Assembly: GCF_902652985.1 (NCBI RefSeq)
Contig: NC_047023.1
Coordinates: forward strand, 16,616,001 to 16,680,000
Direction: 5' to 3'
Length of the DNA: 64,000 nt
From: Pecten maximus
Taxonomy: Eukaryota
In this document: piece by piece, positions 20,636 to 35,499 of the stretch
Layout: each line of letters begins with the position of its first letter
Position numbering within the stretch: position 1 is the stretch's first letter
Position numbers and translations under genes: made by a program
Notes under the pieces: generated by a model
Seen by the model: the letters and a program-made list of their open reading frames with translations, nothing else
Databases searched by the model: none
What the model was told of the DNA's origin: nothing

Positions 20636-23600
20636 ATGTGTTTACTGACATATGCAAATAAGGAGTAGTGATATTATAATATGTAAAAAGTCCCTACTTG
20701 GAATTCAGAATATATATTTTGATAAATTAAATATCATGTTTTAACACATTTACTCAGGATCAAATATCACACACCTATTGTAGAGTTCTAAACTTTAGTG
20801 TCTGATTGCTGTATCACCTAAACTAAACAATCGCGTGCTATATGCACATATGTATGTGGCGCGGTGCCGTTTGCTTCCCACCATAAATGTCGACTAAGCC
20901 CCTGTCGAGATCCAAGGCTCTGGGTGTGGGGCGCTTCTGTGAGACCGGTCTGTTATTAATGTTTATTGTAAATGTGCCGAAATGCACTCTGTATGACAAA
21001 TATTGTTTCCATCGGTCGTTGTTCCCCGGGAACGTTTTGAAAGGAATCTCGACTTTCTTCACATTACATTGTAGTTACATCTGATGCAATACACCCGTGA
21101 ATATCAAAATTACCGAGAGAATCCTTGTCATAACACGAATCATGGAGATTTTCAACATGATCTGAGAACAGTTTCCAATACCACGACAAATCTAGATTCA
21201 GCAGCAGGTACAACCTAGACACGACTGTATGGCGTCAAAGCGATTTCTTATGAGGTAAACGAAAATTCACGTGACACGAATCATTCGAGAAAAAAGATAT
21301 ACTTTGGGTCAAAGCTCAAAATCAAAAGCAGTCAAAAGTCCGGAAGGCCATATACCACTAGTTAAACATGCACCTGGTATATCGATATATTTATCCAACA
21401 CTCAGTTAATACTTTGGTCCGAGAGTGAATATTTTCTGTCCTCATGCCATCTCATGTATTTTGTTTTATTGATGGGGTTAAACGTTGCCGCAACATCAAG
21501 TGTCTAGTGGACCAAAATAGAGAAAGGACGTGTTGCCAAGGAAGTTAGGGTTCGGGGAGGAGGTGTCAGTTTTGGTCTTAATATCCCCTAAGTTGAACAC
21601 AGGAATAATGGAAACGATTTGATGAAATCTATAATGTTAATTTGGCTCAAGACCAATTTTCAATATATTTGACATTTAGATAGATTTTTATCTGATACAA
21701 CGGATGACATTTCTGGGGATAATTGACTGACGATATAATACGTTTTTATCATATTAAAGTGTGCAGTTGTGATGTTGGCACGTGAGGTTAAAAGTCTTAT
21801 TAGCGAAATGCTATGTTCAGAGTGGTTGAATAATATATAGCAAAATATAAAGATAACAATTTTTTTTCGCAATTTCTAATATTAACTAGTCAGCTTATTC
21901 CACATTAAGTTTATTAATTATCTATACGAGTTGAAGCTGATGAGGCTTTGGATTATTGTCATCACTCTCTGCTAGCCTGACAGAAATATAAATTATACTT
22001 TATTAAATACTGTAGCTATTTTTACACAACAACAGAAGATATACACCACATTAAATGACAGGCGGAATCATTTTGTTTCAAACGAATTAATGCTCGACTT
22101 TTAGATTTGACTTTTGTCCTTGAAGGTTTTTGTCTTCTTTGCCTTGCAGGTGTTATCATTAGCATGTGTTGCATTAAATTTGAAAGATGTAGCAAAAATA
22201 TGTTTTTCAAATTGTGAGATGACCAAGGTTCTTGACACATATGTGTATAATCCTGTTTTCTGAAATGCTTATTTATTATTAATTTGCATATTATGTATTA
22301 ATTAAATTACACCTGTACTTGATTGGAGATATAAAAACGTGCCTTTTCCCAATGTTTATACCAGAAGAGGCGACCAATGTGGGATCACCTGCAGGTATTG
22401 CATTGTGTCTTCCGTGTCAATTGCCAAAATAATATTGGAGGATCAAATTGTTCATCTGCACCAATTGTAACGAACAAGAAGACTAGTGATACTATATGGA
22501 GGTCAATAGGTCATGAGAGGTGTATCGTATACACATGTGGTCCCTTATGTTTGTTTCCATATAGAGCTGACTAATTATGCGTGCAGGTGAATACTAATCA
22601 GCTGTTCATTTCAACACTATTAGATAACGTCATTAATCATACAACGGCTTGACATCAGTCTAATTAAATTAAGAAACATCAAATAAAACCAGTTCATGCT
22701 TTATTACGATGAAAGTATTGTCAACCTTTTTATTCCTTGAATAAAAGATATATGAAATAAATTCCGGTATTTGTAATTATGAAAATACATTTAGATGTAA
22801 TCAAAATATTACATTGAGTATTATGATATATTTACCTGAAGAACGATCACTTCGATATGGTTTTATGGATTTTTTCCCAAAAGAATAATAAAACAATTTT
22901 GTTGTACAACTTAACAATACTTTCATCATAACCTGTCATAAGAAACATTATGATGGGATATCTATTTATAAAGGTTAATTAAGCTGTTTTCTGTTGGCTG
23001 GCCCTTGACCAGTACCTGTCTCGCTTTAGATTCATTGGTGGAAGAAATAATGTTATATCTATCATTTATTGTCTGAAATTTATCTTTTGTTTGAATGATT
23101 TTTGTGTTGAAGTGAACAATGGTACATTGACTGCTGCATATATGGTACAGTAAAAAGAACTTTGCAACAACTTTGACTGATATACATATACCTAGCCTAG
23201 CTGTCACCATGGTAGCGAACTACTGGACAGACCAACAGGTAGGTCATTTTAAATCCTATTAAATATCCTTTTCTTGGAATATGTTTGTATGGACACAGTG
23301 GGACGTTTGCTTTGCGACTTTATCCTTGCAAACTTACAGGTTCGATTCAGGTTATAATGTTTATTGGGGACTACATGATTAAAACTAAGGTTATTTCGAT
23401 TTCCTGTTTTACGCAGGTTAACTCGAAGGTAATTTTTATTCAGGTTGACTGATTACACAGGTTTGTTCTACATATGACGCATGAAATGGGCTGGAGATCC
23501 GGTAAATTAATCTTGAATACACAGGTTCGATGGCTGATATGGGTCCGGTCTATATAGAAATTCAATTAACATATAAATGTATGGAGAGGATGGGAGAGTC

Positions 23601-23794
23601 GGTTCATATAAACCTTTGGTTACACAGGCTCAATCAACATAAATTGGCCAATCTTAATTAGATTCGCTGACAATGAGGAATATTAAATAATGGTTATGAC
23701 TGGCGTAATTTAGATTTTCTCATCAGATAGGTTCATTCTATACACACACATGTTTATATGCTAAGACCCGTGATCGGTTTTGAATATAACATAC

Positions 23795-23799
<5 letters not shown>

Positions 23800-23828
<29 letters not shown>
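23800..23828. repeat. (TA)n microsatellite
   Basis: Read directly from the sequence. Confidence 0.95.
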
Positions 23829-23834
<6 letters not shown>

Positions 23835-23940
23835 GAACTCAAAATCGCCATTGTAGTTGATTATCGCTAATATTTTCAAGTGGTGTAGCTATCTTCAGGC
23901 GATTACTTGTATATATATATATACTGTATACTTATACATA

Positions 23941-24150
23941 CCGAGTGGTGGAGGTGTCCCGACACTTAATCACTAGCCTTCCACCTCTGGGTTGCGAGTT
24001 CGAAACCCACATGGGGCAGTTGCCAGGTACTGACCGTAGGCCGGTGGTTTTTCTCCGGGTACTCCGGCTTTCCTCCACCTCCAAAAACATTGTACGTCCT
24101 TAAATGACTCTGGCTGTTAATAGGACGTAAAAAAATAAACCATAAACAAT
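23941..24150 (+). mobile_element. tRNA-derived SINE with V-like central domain, 5' truncated
   Basis: Partial A box ccgagtgg, B box gagttcgaaacc (23996-24007), central ggtttttctccgggtactccggctttcctccacc, A-rich tail. Confidence 0.8.
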
Positions 24151-25959
24151 CCACGTTTATAACTGCCAGTACCTTTATTTACCACTTTTCTTGATTTAAA
24201 GTAACACGTTGACAAACACATCAATGTTTTGTCTCATCAATTTGCCATAAAGTGAAACTATTTGGGAGCATTTTCGATATCGTTAACTAAGGCACTAAGA
24301 TGTAGCAAACAATATAAACAGGACGTACAAAATATTGCAATTAGAACTTAATATTGGAAGAAAGCTGTTGTTTATTACCTTTATATTGGTAGCATACAGA
24401 GAGAAATAATCACTTCGGCATATGGCGATGGCATTGAGGCAAGGTAAATAAAGATGTTTTTGTGTTTTTCTAACATTGACTAGATAACATGTACAGTTGT
24501 TCAGACATTCTACCTGAGTTACAGACACGTGTATCCTAGTAATATTGTGTTAACATGAAACCAAAAACGTTTTTTTTTTCGCGATGAACAACCAGATTGC
24601 CTCTTTGCTGACTTGGTCTTTATTTATGTTATATGTTTACCAGCTAATCTCTACTCCGCCTAAAGGGGCAATTTATTTCGAAAGTGATGATACTGTTAGC
24701 AATACGTAAATGAAAAATATATGTATATAGAAATTTGGATGTGTTAGCCATTCTATGACGTAGATATCTATCGCAGTGATTCTGTCGGTAAAGCATGTCT
24801 GAAATTGAATTCCATTCACAATTCCTTAAAGTTCTTGATTTCAAAGAAAACAAATCACAGAGAATCTCGGATACACTAGAATAAATTGACTGACACTTCC
24901 AGACCATAGTCCCCCCTGTCCTTATACGGTACGAAGGTAATTCTACCAGGATAACTAACATAAGAAGTGTCAATGTTATGCAGCTCTCATTAAATTTGTG
25001 ATTAAATCTCCTCTGTATAACATAGTGTCTGACTGAACCCCATCCATTTAACAACGTATTGGATTAGATTGCTTACATCATGGCGACAGGAAGAAAAATG
25101 ATGTTTTTTCATTTTCAAGTTCCCCTTGGTTATGTTTTCCTCGGGGTTAGTGGAATCAAAGCTGACCCCTACTGATCGAGGCTGATGACAATTATGTCTG
25201 AAATGTTGTTGTGTTATATCCTGAAAAATACTAAAAGTATTGCCTCGATCATAGGGAAATATAATACCCTGTTTCCAAACATTGTTGATGTTTCTATGGG
25301 AGAAGTAATGCTGATGTCTCTCCGCCGTAAGCGATATATTTTACTGATGGTCAGTCTAGCAGTGTCCATTCCTACACGTGTCAGCTGCCTGTATCAGACA
25401 TTGCCTTGTACTAACTTCATCCTTAGCTCTGACACACAAGTCTCGTGGACTCCTTACCTCGCGACAGATACTGATCAGCTTCATCTATTGTCTGTGTTTG
25501 AAGGCGAACAAACTTGACAATGACATAACGCCTTGTCTATTTTGGTTTTAACCTCAATTGTGGTTGACCTCAATTGTTCAGGTAAATCTAGGAAAGTCGA
25601 TCACGAGTTAAATGACGTCGCGGATATGCATTCAAACCCGTTAGATTCTGCGATTGAGTTACATTTTGTAAATAATTATTTTCGCGAATGTTTTTCAACG
25701 ATAAAATTTGTACTCGCCAAAGATAAAACGACTACCTCTTGTCTATTATTTACTTTATTCTTTGGTACCTGCATCATCTGATAGTTAGCCATTTTATCTC
25801 ATAAGGCCATTGACTTTGCAGGCTTACCCTCACCTGACGAGGATGGTCGCGACCTTGAGGTTGACGATCATTCCCTATGGTCGATAATAACATGGGGGCT
25901 AACGGCAGTTATCGAGATTTACAGTAAAATTGTGGTTGTTAGCCTTTCAGTACTAAAGG

Positions 25960-26500
25960 GTGGTCGTTACCTTATTGCTGGTGGATTATCTATCCCAGAG
26001 GCTGACTGTAACATTGCACATGTTGAATATAAATCCCAATGTTCGTCATAGTTTAGTTGGTGAATGGTTAACGGTATAATCTTGTAGCTGGTGGAATATA
26101 ACACCGGACGTTGTTTTTTAATTGGATTTATGGATGGTTGACGGTATAACCGTGTAGTTGGTGGACTTTAAGTCCCAATGTTTACCGTTACGTTGTAGTT
26201 GGGTTGGTGGATGGTTGACAGTACAACCTTTTAGCTGGTGAACTTTAAGTACCAATGTTTACCGTTACGTTGTAGTTGGGTTGGTGGATGGTTGACAGTA
26301 CAACCTTGTAGTTGCTGGTGGCTGTAAGTCCCAATGTTTACCGTTACGTTGTAGTTGGTGGATGTAGGTCCCCGGGATTGGCCGTTATTTTGTAGTTGGT
26401 GGACTGTTGACGGTAACTTATAACTGGTTACAATTATGTAACTGTCGGTCTCCTATGTTGACTGTTATCTTAAGCTGGTGGACTTTTAATCTCAAGTGGT
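25960..26500. repeat. Degenerate tandem repeat (~37-bp subunits forming ~75-bp units; gtagttggtgga motif)
   Basis: Recurring cccaatgtttaccgttacgttgtagttgggttggtggatggttgacagtacaacctt. Confidence 0.75.
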
Positions 26501-29500
26501 AGGTCGTATCATTCTAGATTGAGTCATATCAGATCCCGAGGTGTTGTTCAAAAATGAAAAATAAAATGAATAAATAATAAGATGCCATTCAAGATAAATT
26601 ACAAAAAACTTTAAAATTCACCTTAACATTTTTATATATAAGTACAAGCTGTTATTTTTGGGGGTCCCATTTGCTTTTTTTTATTTTATTATAAAGCGCT
26701 GTTGGAAAATCACATCATTTGATACTAGGTGAAAACCGGTCTAATAGTATGTTTATAGACGCTGTACAGACGTCCTTACAGTATAATGTAAATATATATC
26801 AGTCAATCAAATATACAATGTAGTGTAAAGATAGAGTAAATACACTTAACATGTTTATCAGTAACTAAATAAAGCACGGGTCAAATAAATATTTATCAAA
26901 AGTAAGACACATTTATCTATGACTTGGTTTGTGTAATTATACGATTGTTTGTTTGCACGTTGGCAGCCTCTTGTTTTTCGTAAACACGTGTTATCTTGAA
27001 TTTCTACTGATGGTTTATTGATAAGAATAGTATAACAGAGTATATGTACTAGAAGTACATGCCAGTGTTATAAGTGCTAAGGTGATGATTCCCTCTTGAG
27101 GAAGACACCATCCGTGTTCACTCTGCGTTGATAGAGTTCGCATGCTATTGAGTACGAAACTCTCAAGAAAATATCTATAATGTCCATCTCACAATTCCAT
27201 TTTGACAAGTCAAGATATAAGCCCAATTATCACTAGCACCTATTTATCAGAAACATCTCTCTCTATCTCTCTTGTCGACATGATATAGCAACACATGTCT
27301 CGACTATGGTTAATATCATTGGAAATACATCGCATTCCTTCACATTTCACAAACACGTTAATCGTTGATATTTCAAACACTCCACTCCTAATAATGATAG
27401 GTCAACGTGCCAATCAAACTCAAATGTTTGCCCCAGATATGTTCTTTTATTTATTTTTTATTCAAAATAATTACTGTAGGAGTAGAGAAGAAGTTTAAAT
27501 CTTGCATACAATGCAAGTAAGAAGACCGTATATATTTGTAACTATTACAAATTGTCAGTTTTCACATCCACAGCTAAGAAATCGCTAAACCTTTAAATAA
27601 AGACTTTTTCAAACTTGCTTTTGAAGCAGCTTTTAAATTTTGAAGTTCCAAATTCAAACAGTTAAAATAAATGCGAAGAACGAACGTAAATAATACAGAA
27701 ATACAGTGAAAATTTCGAAAGAATGCATTTTCATTTCCTTTCCATCAGTAACCCGTATGTAGTTTCCTGTCTCGGTTTTAACGCATTGCAAGCTGTTGGA
27801 CGTAGTTAAACTTCCAGGGGAGATAATTTACAATCTAGTTTTAGAAACACAAGCTCAACCAGATTTTTTTACGGATATTCAGCTCCATTTTAATGTTAAA
27901 ACATATCGCAAATAAAGTTAATTATATAGGGGATAACATAACATTTTGTAATAATAAATAAAGAGAGCATTCGTGTTTTAGATGCATTGACTTCTTTGAT
28001 TATTGTATTCAATTTTTTAATATAGCAACAAGCAAAGTTTGAAACTGAAGATAAATTATCCCCATTGTCATAATGGGGTCAGACGCTGTATTTGATCTTT
28101 CATATTTCTCCTAAGGAGAAGGCGCCGAATCAAAAGACCTGATGTTCAATGATATTTATCATTCAGATTTCTGTCCCTGCAAGGGATATTGTGTTTGAGA
28201 TTTGGAGATCATTCACCGTTTTTGATGGCAGATATAGGGAATATTTTGTCTATATTAGACATATCTAGGATATACCCTGGAAATATCTGTTTTCAATGAA
28301 GCATAATAGTTATAATTTCAATGTTAAGTTTATATTGATGTTTGTATGTCTATACCGGTCTATCAATTATATATTATATACGACGAAACAGGCGACAGAA
28401 ACGATTGGAAACTTTTATAAAACAAAATAAAACATAAAATGTTATTTTAGGTTGTTCGCTTATGGTGGTAATTTAAGTACGTATTTGAGATATTAGAGTC
28501 TAAAAAAATCTCTATATACTTTAATGACGAGACAGCAAACATAAGCGATAACGTTAATGTACATGCCATAGATATATGTTGGTTTTGTTATTAAAACAAT
28601 CAGATTTGATGCAATGTACAAACTTAAATAAGGTAATCAATTGATCGCCTAAGGCAAATTGAGCGCTGAGACGGATCATACGATAAGAGAACGTTTTTGG
28701 GCATTAGAGTGATATCAAATATATTAAACAAAAGCAACATTAAAACAAAGGTTTGGCGTCTGCGTGACTATGTATTGTTATGCACTTAAATATATTGTTA
28801 TTCGTATCAATGTTAATGTTTATGATAAAGTCTGAGAAATACACATTCTGTGACAAACTTATTACTTTCTGACTTGAAATAATAGAAGATAAATGCAAAT
28901 GGTTTGACACGAAGAAATGACATGCAGTTGCTTTATAATTAAAATTATTACTTTTACCTGCATGTGCGATAAGCTCGACATGTTTGATACATCAACGTTT
29001 GCAAATAAAAATATCTTAGAACAGGTACAATTTAATCAAGCTGATTAATTTCTTAAGTTCAAAGAGCACGAGCTTTTAGAGAATTATAAACAACAATTTG
29101 AATGGCTTTCTAGATTTGATATATAATTCACACTCTAGCGCATGTTTTGCTTATTAAATAATGAAACGAGTTAAATTTTGTTTTCGATTTTAAAGAGCTT
29201 ACGTGCTAATATGCCTTTATGTATGTGTAATAACAAACAGTATGACATTACAGGTATGAATAAAGTTACGTTATAAATCACGGCGCGACATGCTTTGTAA
29301 AGTCAAATTTATCATTGAAAATATATACATAACATACGGCACTGCCGAGTCTTCAATGTTAGCCGCTTACTTCTATCGTACAAAGTAACTAGTGTCAGCT
29401 AACAACTATTCACTTAATGCGCGGGATAATTTCAATTTCCCTTTTAACTTATTTTAGTCATTAAATTTCATTTTTAAATAGTACCACCCCCACCCTTGGG

Positions 29501-30562
29501 TTTTGTAAAACACAGATGATTCAATATTCAACAGCTTTTTATCAATGAATATTTACCTGATTGGTATGTTCCCAGCTGGAAAATTATTTTCTTATCTTAT
29601 AGTATCGTTCTTATTCTAGCTCTTTTTGGCGCTGAAGACGTTGGGTTAGATTAATGTGTTACAGTCGTGTTTGGTTTAACGCTGATCTGTTGAAACAGAA
29701 ACTTTTCTTGTTTTCACTATCACAAAAATATATTTGTCCGTGTGAACAGATTCATATCTTCGAAAATATGCAAAAAATTCAAAAGTGCGACAAAATATGC
29801 ATGCCTACAGAATATTTATTAATTGACAATGCAAATCACATGAAAGCTTAAAACAATGCCGTGTAGCAGTTAAACGTCTATTATATTGGTGAATACTGCC
29901 GCTGTTTTATTTGCAAATGAAATACATGTTTATTACTAATATGAACACATTCGAGTTCTGTTTCCTGTGAAATTAGCAGAACTTTCGTAGATTCACATAA
30001 TTTGCGGAATGAACCTGCTGGTATTGTCAGCACGGTCCTGATTGTTAATAATGGAACTAGAACAGATGTTTAGACGTTTTAAGATAGATCCGATTGGTTG
30101 AGAGTTGTTTTTTTTAAAGGAGGAAAAAGCGCTCGGGATATTTGTCGAGGAAACAGAATGGTAACAACATCAACTTGTCATTATATTTATACAAAAATAG
30201 AATTAAGTGATGGCTTGCAACGTTCCATCAGTATGTATGTTGTATCGACATTTATCATATAGATTTTGGTGACATCATGAAATATTTATATATATACGAC
30301 ACTGATGGTGGTACATGTGTTACACCACCTTCATTTGTAGTTTCGGATTCATCATTGTTCGGGTGTAAACTTCAAGTATAAACTAAGGTAAGTGTATTTA
30401 TTTATTTTTTGTTTAATTTCTTCATGTTATTTTGGCATCAAAATTATGTCGCATGTAACGGTACAATACTGTACAATTGTCATAAATCTCTTTGGTTAGA
30501 AATTGATAGAATAAGGATTTCTTTTAATTAATTTCTTAACTGAAACATAAACAACAAAATAT

Positions 30563-30800
30563 GGTGGTCGGGTGGCACAGTGGTAACACACTCGCCTTCA
30601 CCAAGGCGACGTGGTTTCGATCCCCGATTGGACCTGAAAAATTATGCGGTCACCTGCCCAAAAACGTGGGTTTTCCCCGGGTACTCCGGTTTCCCCCCAC
30701 AGTAAGACCCCTCGCATTCTCTTCCATCCGGGCCAACACGTGATTTATATACGTTAATAAAACTTGTTTCGCAATTGTTGTAAATTAAATAAGGTTTATA
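30563..30800 (+). mobile_element. tRNA-derived SINE with V-like central domain
   Basis: A box tggcacagtgg (30573), B box-like ggtttcgatccc, central gtgggttttccccgggtactccggtttccccccac (30667-30700). Confidence 0.8.
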
Positions 30801-32377
30801 ATAAGATATGATGAACTAAAAATAGGTACTTAACACAATATCAGGTCACAAATCGTTTTCCAATCAATTATATTTCAATATAATTACTTGTGCATAATTT
30901 CGTGTTTATTTAATAGATTGAAAAACCATTACTGAAGGAACATTTTATCTTTCACAGCACGTGTTTAGTATGAAATATCAATGACAGGTATATAAACAAC
31001 TTTCCTGTTACGTATCTTATATTACGTGGAAATCTGAACATGTGATATGATTAAAGAAACTGTCCTTTATAAGTTTACAATTAATCGTATGCAGATTGGT
31101 TCGGTTATAGACAGTAGGCAGGTATACGTGTGACAGTTAATACTTTTAGCTTGTCACATGTGACGACTCTCTTGTCCAAGAACAAACTGCTGTGTACAGA
31201 GTGTAATAATATATACGTCTATGGGTTCTGTATTAAGGACATCATATCAAAGGAAAGACAGGCGTCTGTCTTTTATTTAAGTATAAATGTACAATTAGCA
31301 GTTCCAGGGACTAATATCTGTACCAGTGACTTCTCAATGTAGAGTTATTTTAGATATATTTTATGATTAGGGAAGCGCGCAAAAGGCATATGATTGAAAT
31401 AATAAGAAATCGGTCGTAATATGTAGTGTTTTTGGATAAGAATAGAGGGTTTATAACCCAATAAAATCCTCGTGTTTAACTGATTTAAAATAATCAACGT
31501 CACATCTAGCTTCATTTTAGAATATTTGCTACGGCTATTATTGTGAGATGTCTGGTGATATAACGTAGAAGCTCTTGACGTTTTAATAATTCTCATCTTT
31601 TGAAGTCATATGCGCGGTCTTTCATGAGATACATCTTTCTACACCTAATGGCTTATCTTGTTTCCTGCATTTTTTTTCTTTCGTACATGTCAAAGATTTA
31701 GAGAATAATTCATAGATATGTATAATGGCGACTGGAGGGTTCTTTAGAATCCAACAAGTTCTTGTCGGGAGCGGAACTGTTAAATAGTTATTTCTCCCCC
31801 GATAATATATCTGTCTAAACCACACAGGGGCGATTGGTTAAGAACACGTTATCTCTGAAACTTTCCTATCATAAATATATTCCATGTTATACAAATGTTT
31901 GGCAGAACAGGATCCTAACGTGATATAGTTATACTATAAAACATGGGGAAGCCATAAGATTGATGCCTGGCGTCAGCTGTCTTCCCTAATTTCCATATCT
32001 TAAACGCTAAACATAGGGATGCCACATTGTACCAATGTAGCATTCACTTCATCATTTAATGGACGGTGTGTTCATCTTTCTTGTTTCTCTTGGTTTTGGA
32101 AAGTTCACGTAACTAATTTACACTTTCTATTACTTTAGGTGATTGCCTGATTTTGTAATAGTTCATTATCCTATATGGTAGGGATATATTTTACATTGGT
32201 TTGGTTGTCGAAACCTTGGTTATAAGTTTGAGGACATGACAAAACTTTGATTTGTCACACAACATACACTATCGAAAATGCAGTATACACTATCCCGAAT
32301 ACACGGTGGTGTTCTATCGCCTTTTAAAATGTCTCCACACTACTCCTCTGCCTTTTCATATTTCTCCTCTAGTTCAT

Positions 32378-32697
32378 GTTTGTTCATTGGTTGGGTTCAT
32401 CGCCCCGTGAACAGACAGGATCATTTTGAGGCGAAGTCTCCTTGTAGTAGTTTTAGACTACCTCACTGAAAACACACTGGAGGCCCGGCATATGCCATCC
32501 AGAGCAATAAGGGTAAAGTGTTTTGCCCAAGGACACAACCTACGACAACACAGAGCGGTCCGTTTCTCGGTTTCCCGAAAACAAACAAACAAACAAACAA
32601 ACAAACCGCCACAGGTAGGGACCGTCGAACCACGCACACCGGAACTTCACCTGAATTACGTGACCGGCACTCTAACGACTGAGTTATCGCGGCATCC
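32378..32697 (-). mobile_element. tRNA-derived SINE with CORE-like domain and internal (GTTT)n
   Basis: Minus strand shows A box taactcagtcgttagagt, B box ggttcgac and CORE-like gtgtccttgggcaaaacactttaccc. Confidence 0.7.
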
Positions 32698-35499
32698 GCT
32701 CTAGTTCATCTTGATGTTCTATTGTTTTCCGTGATGTAATTCATTTGATTTTATCTCATACAAATTTTGACTCTGGATTTTCTACAGAAAACCAAACTAT
32801 CTGTGTGAACATAATTTTACACGTCTTTTACATTACAGCAGCATTTCAAAACAAAATATATTACGTAACGCTGAAGACAAAGGAATACACGATCAAAAGT
32901 ATGAGCATTATTGCTAATGAAAGACACAATTTATCTCAATTCTACTGCAAAGCTATTTCCTGTAATAACAGGCAGTTCTAATGCATTTTATGTCACAAAA
33001 TCATCTGAATCACCCATCCTTTTGTAATCCGGTTCAATGCATTAACACATCAATGTCACTTCCGGTTTCAGAGATCGACGGGATGTTCAAGGTCATATTC
33101 GTATAAGGCGGATTAGATGTATATATGACATTCAAGAGTGTACATATAACGTAGCACGAATTGTTGACTATGTAAATGATGATTAATATTAAAATACACT
33201 AAAAGAGATTAGGGATGAATCCATCCGTGATGTGTTACCCTGTCAACAGGAGCTCGTCTGCGACTGATCCATCGCTATTGTCAAGACTGAGTTCAAATAG
33301 TCTGTAATCGGGTGTGAAACTCACTCAATTACTACTTAACACTGGAATACAGCAGAAGTGCCGGGTCAACGCATTCCAAGCTTTAAATGCCGGAGCTTTT
33401 TACATTATGTTGTTTTATAGCTGTTGATAAAGGTTAAACTCACCCCTGAGTATAACACGATGTACACTATAATTATTTGTATTTGTGAGTTGGAACAATT
33501 TACTCTCAAACAACGTATTGATAATGGCTTTGCGACGCCGAGTTAAGTTAACATGTCTTTAAATAGGTTGTTTATATGCCGCCAAGATACGCTAAAATCT
33601 ATAATAGCTGGAAGAATGAGTTCAGAGACAATTCACCGTTATTTAATTAAAAACCTATTCCAATTATGCATAATAAGCAAACAATGAGGTCCTCTTCATT
33701 CTCATTGAATTATAAACCGATTCCGATTTTTGGTGTAGAAAAAGCATCTATACCATTAATCTCCATTACAAGCGGGCGACTATTCCACTTGATTTGCTCA
33801 AGCAGCATATCCTTTAATAAGACTAGTGGCGTAGTAATGGACGGACTTTTCACACGCTATCGAAAAACGGAGGTAGGACTATTATCATTGTTTCTATAAC
33901 CAACCATAGCGCGCAATTGCTTCTCCCTTGCTTCCTGTCTCTAATCGCCAACGTCGTCAAATATGATTATGTCTATGATATAAAGGTTCTTCCTAAGTCT
34001 ACAACGTCTGGAGTCATATATTTACTGTCAACACAATAATTTTCATGAATACCTTGTTCCTCCTTTCCTTCTCAATTTTGGTTATAAATAAAGAAATATT
34101 TCTTTTAAAAGCTCGAAATATAGTTACTGTTAATTCCTTAATTATCTTGGATATCTATTTTCATCAATGTGATTTTAGTAAAATTAAGACGAATATAAGG
34201 AATTTTAATGTAACGTGGGCTTAAAAAGATACTGATTTAGAAATTATATTTAATATGAAACATCACAAACGGAGAGAACATCATAAAGGTTACATTTTTG
34301 CGAGGACTGCGAAATAATGTATAAAATGTATAAAACAAAAGATGTAAATATAGACCTCCATTAGTGTTTATTTTGAAATATGATGTTTGGACTTGAATTT
34401 TTTTATCTTATTAACGAAAGTACATGACTGACCTATCCCATAACCTTAAATTTCTATAGTAAAGAGCAAACCGTATTGAGGCATGCGTTAACAGATACGT
34501 AACGCCTTGAGGATATTCCGAAAGACTGCAATAGACATTGGACAACAACGTTTTACATATTTACTAAGAGGAACATAGTCCAACTGTTTTTGTGGGTGTT
34601 ATTTTCATGTGATGTACTTCTCATGTGTACAGTTGTCTTTAAAAGGGACAGACTGTAGTCATAGTTCGATAAATTTCTTTGTCACTATCTTTGTAATCAT
34701 TTTCGCCTTTCAAACCCTACGCATCAAAAAACATCGGTTGTTTGGATATATTGGCTAATTGCCAATACTGTACTTATTGCTTATAAAACATGCTTTGAAA
34801 CATCAAGGTTTGTTCGCAGCAAATGAATGTTCCAACGGCATTTCTGGAATTCCGTCTGCTCTTGAATATCGTTAAACTTGATCCATCCACGGAGGTAACA
34901 GGCAGGTAATTATTCTTCTTGAAATACTGATACTTTAGTATGATAACTAAACTTCCCGTGGCATCCAATGTCATCGACCGTACAAAAGACTTCCCGATGC
35001 TCACAATTTACCCACTGTTCTGGGAGCAACCCGGATTATTGATAGGCTTTTTATTTGCTTTGTTGAAGCCTCCTCCTTGTAGGAGCTGGTGGCTACTTCA
35101 GTCAACTATCTTTAGATTTATATTATACTCGGTATGATGACCATGGTTTCCAAGCTCTTCCTCCAGCCAAACTGTTAAAAGATGGAATTTTCATTTTTTC
35201 TTGAAAACGCTCCAAAATTATCCTTTGATTAACCCCAAATTCTCAAAACTGTTTTTAGTTCTAATTATAACCATAAACAATGCAAAAAAAAAAAAAAATA
35301 ATGAACGTTGTCGAAAGCTGACAAGGTCCAAAATCATTATAATTAAGTATAACATTAGTTTGGTATTCAACAGAAACAAATTGCTCTTCCACGTCATTGC
35401 ATATTAGGTGCGTGCAACACTTGCAGTCTAACTAAGTTAAAACTAAAAGTGTCAAAATTGAATAATTGCGGCTAAACCACATTAGAAATACATACTGGT

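Noticed and set aside
27095-27175. Possible hammerhead (ttgataga...gtacgaaactctcaag)
   Set aside because: Core lacks CUGANGA and stems I and III cannot be formed convincingly
23941-32697. tRNA genes at the three A/B-box loci
   Set aside because: No complete cloverleaf; each continues into a SINE central domain and tail
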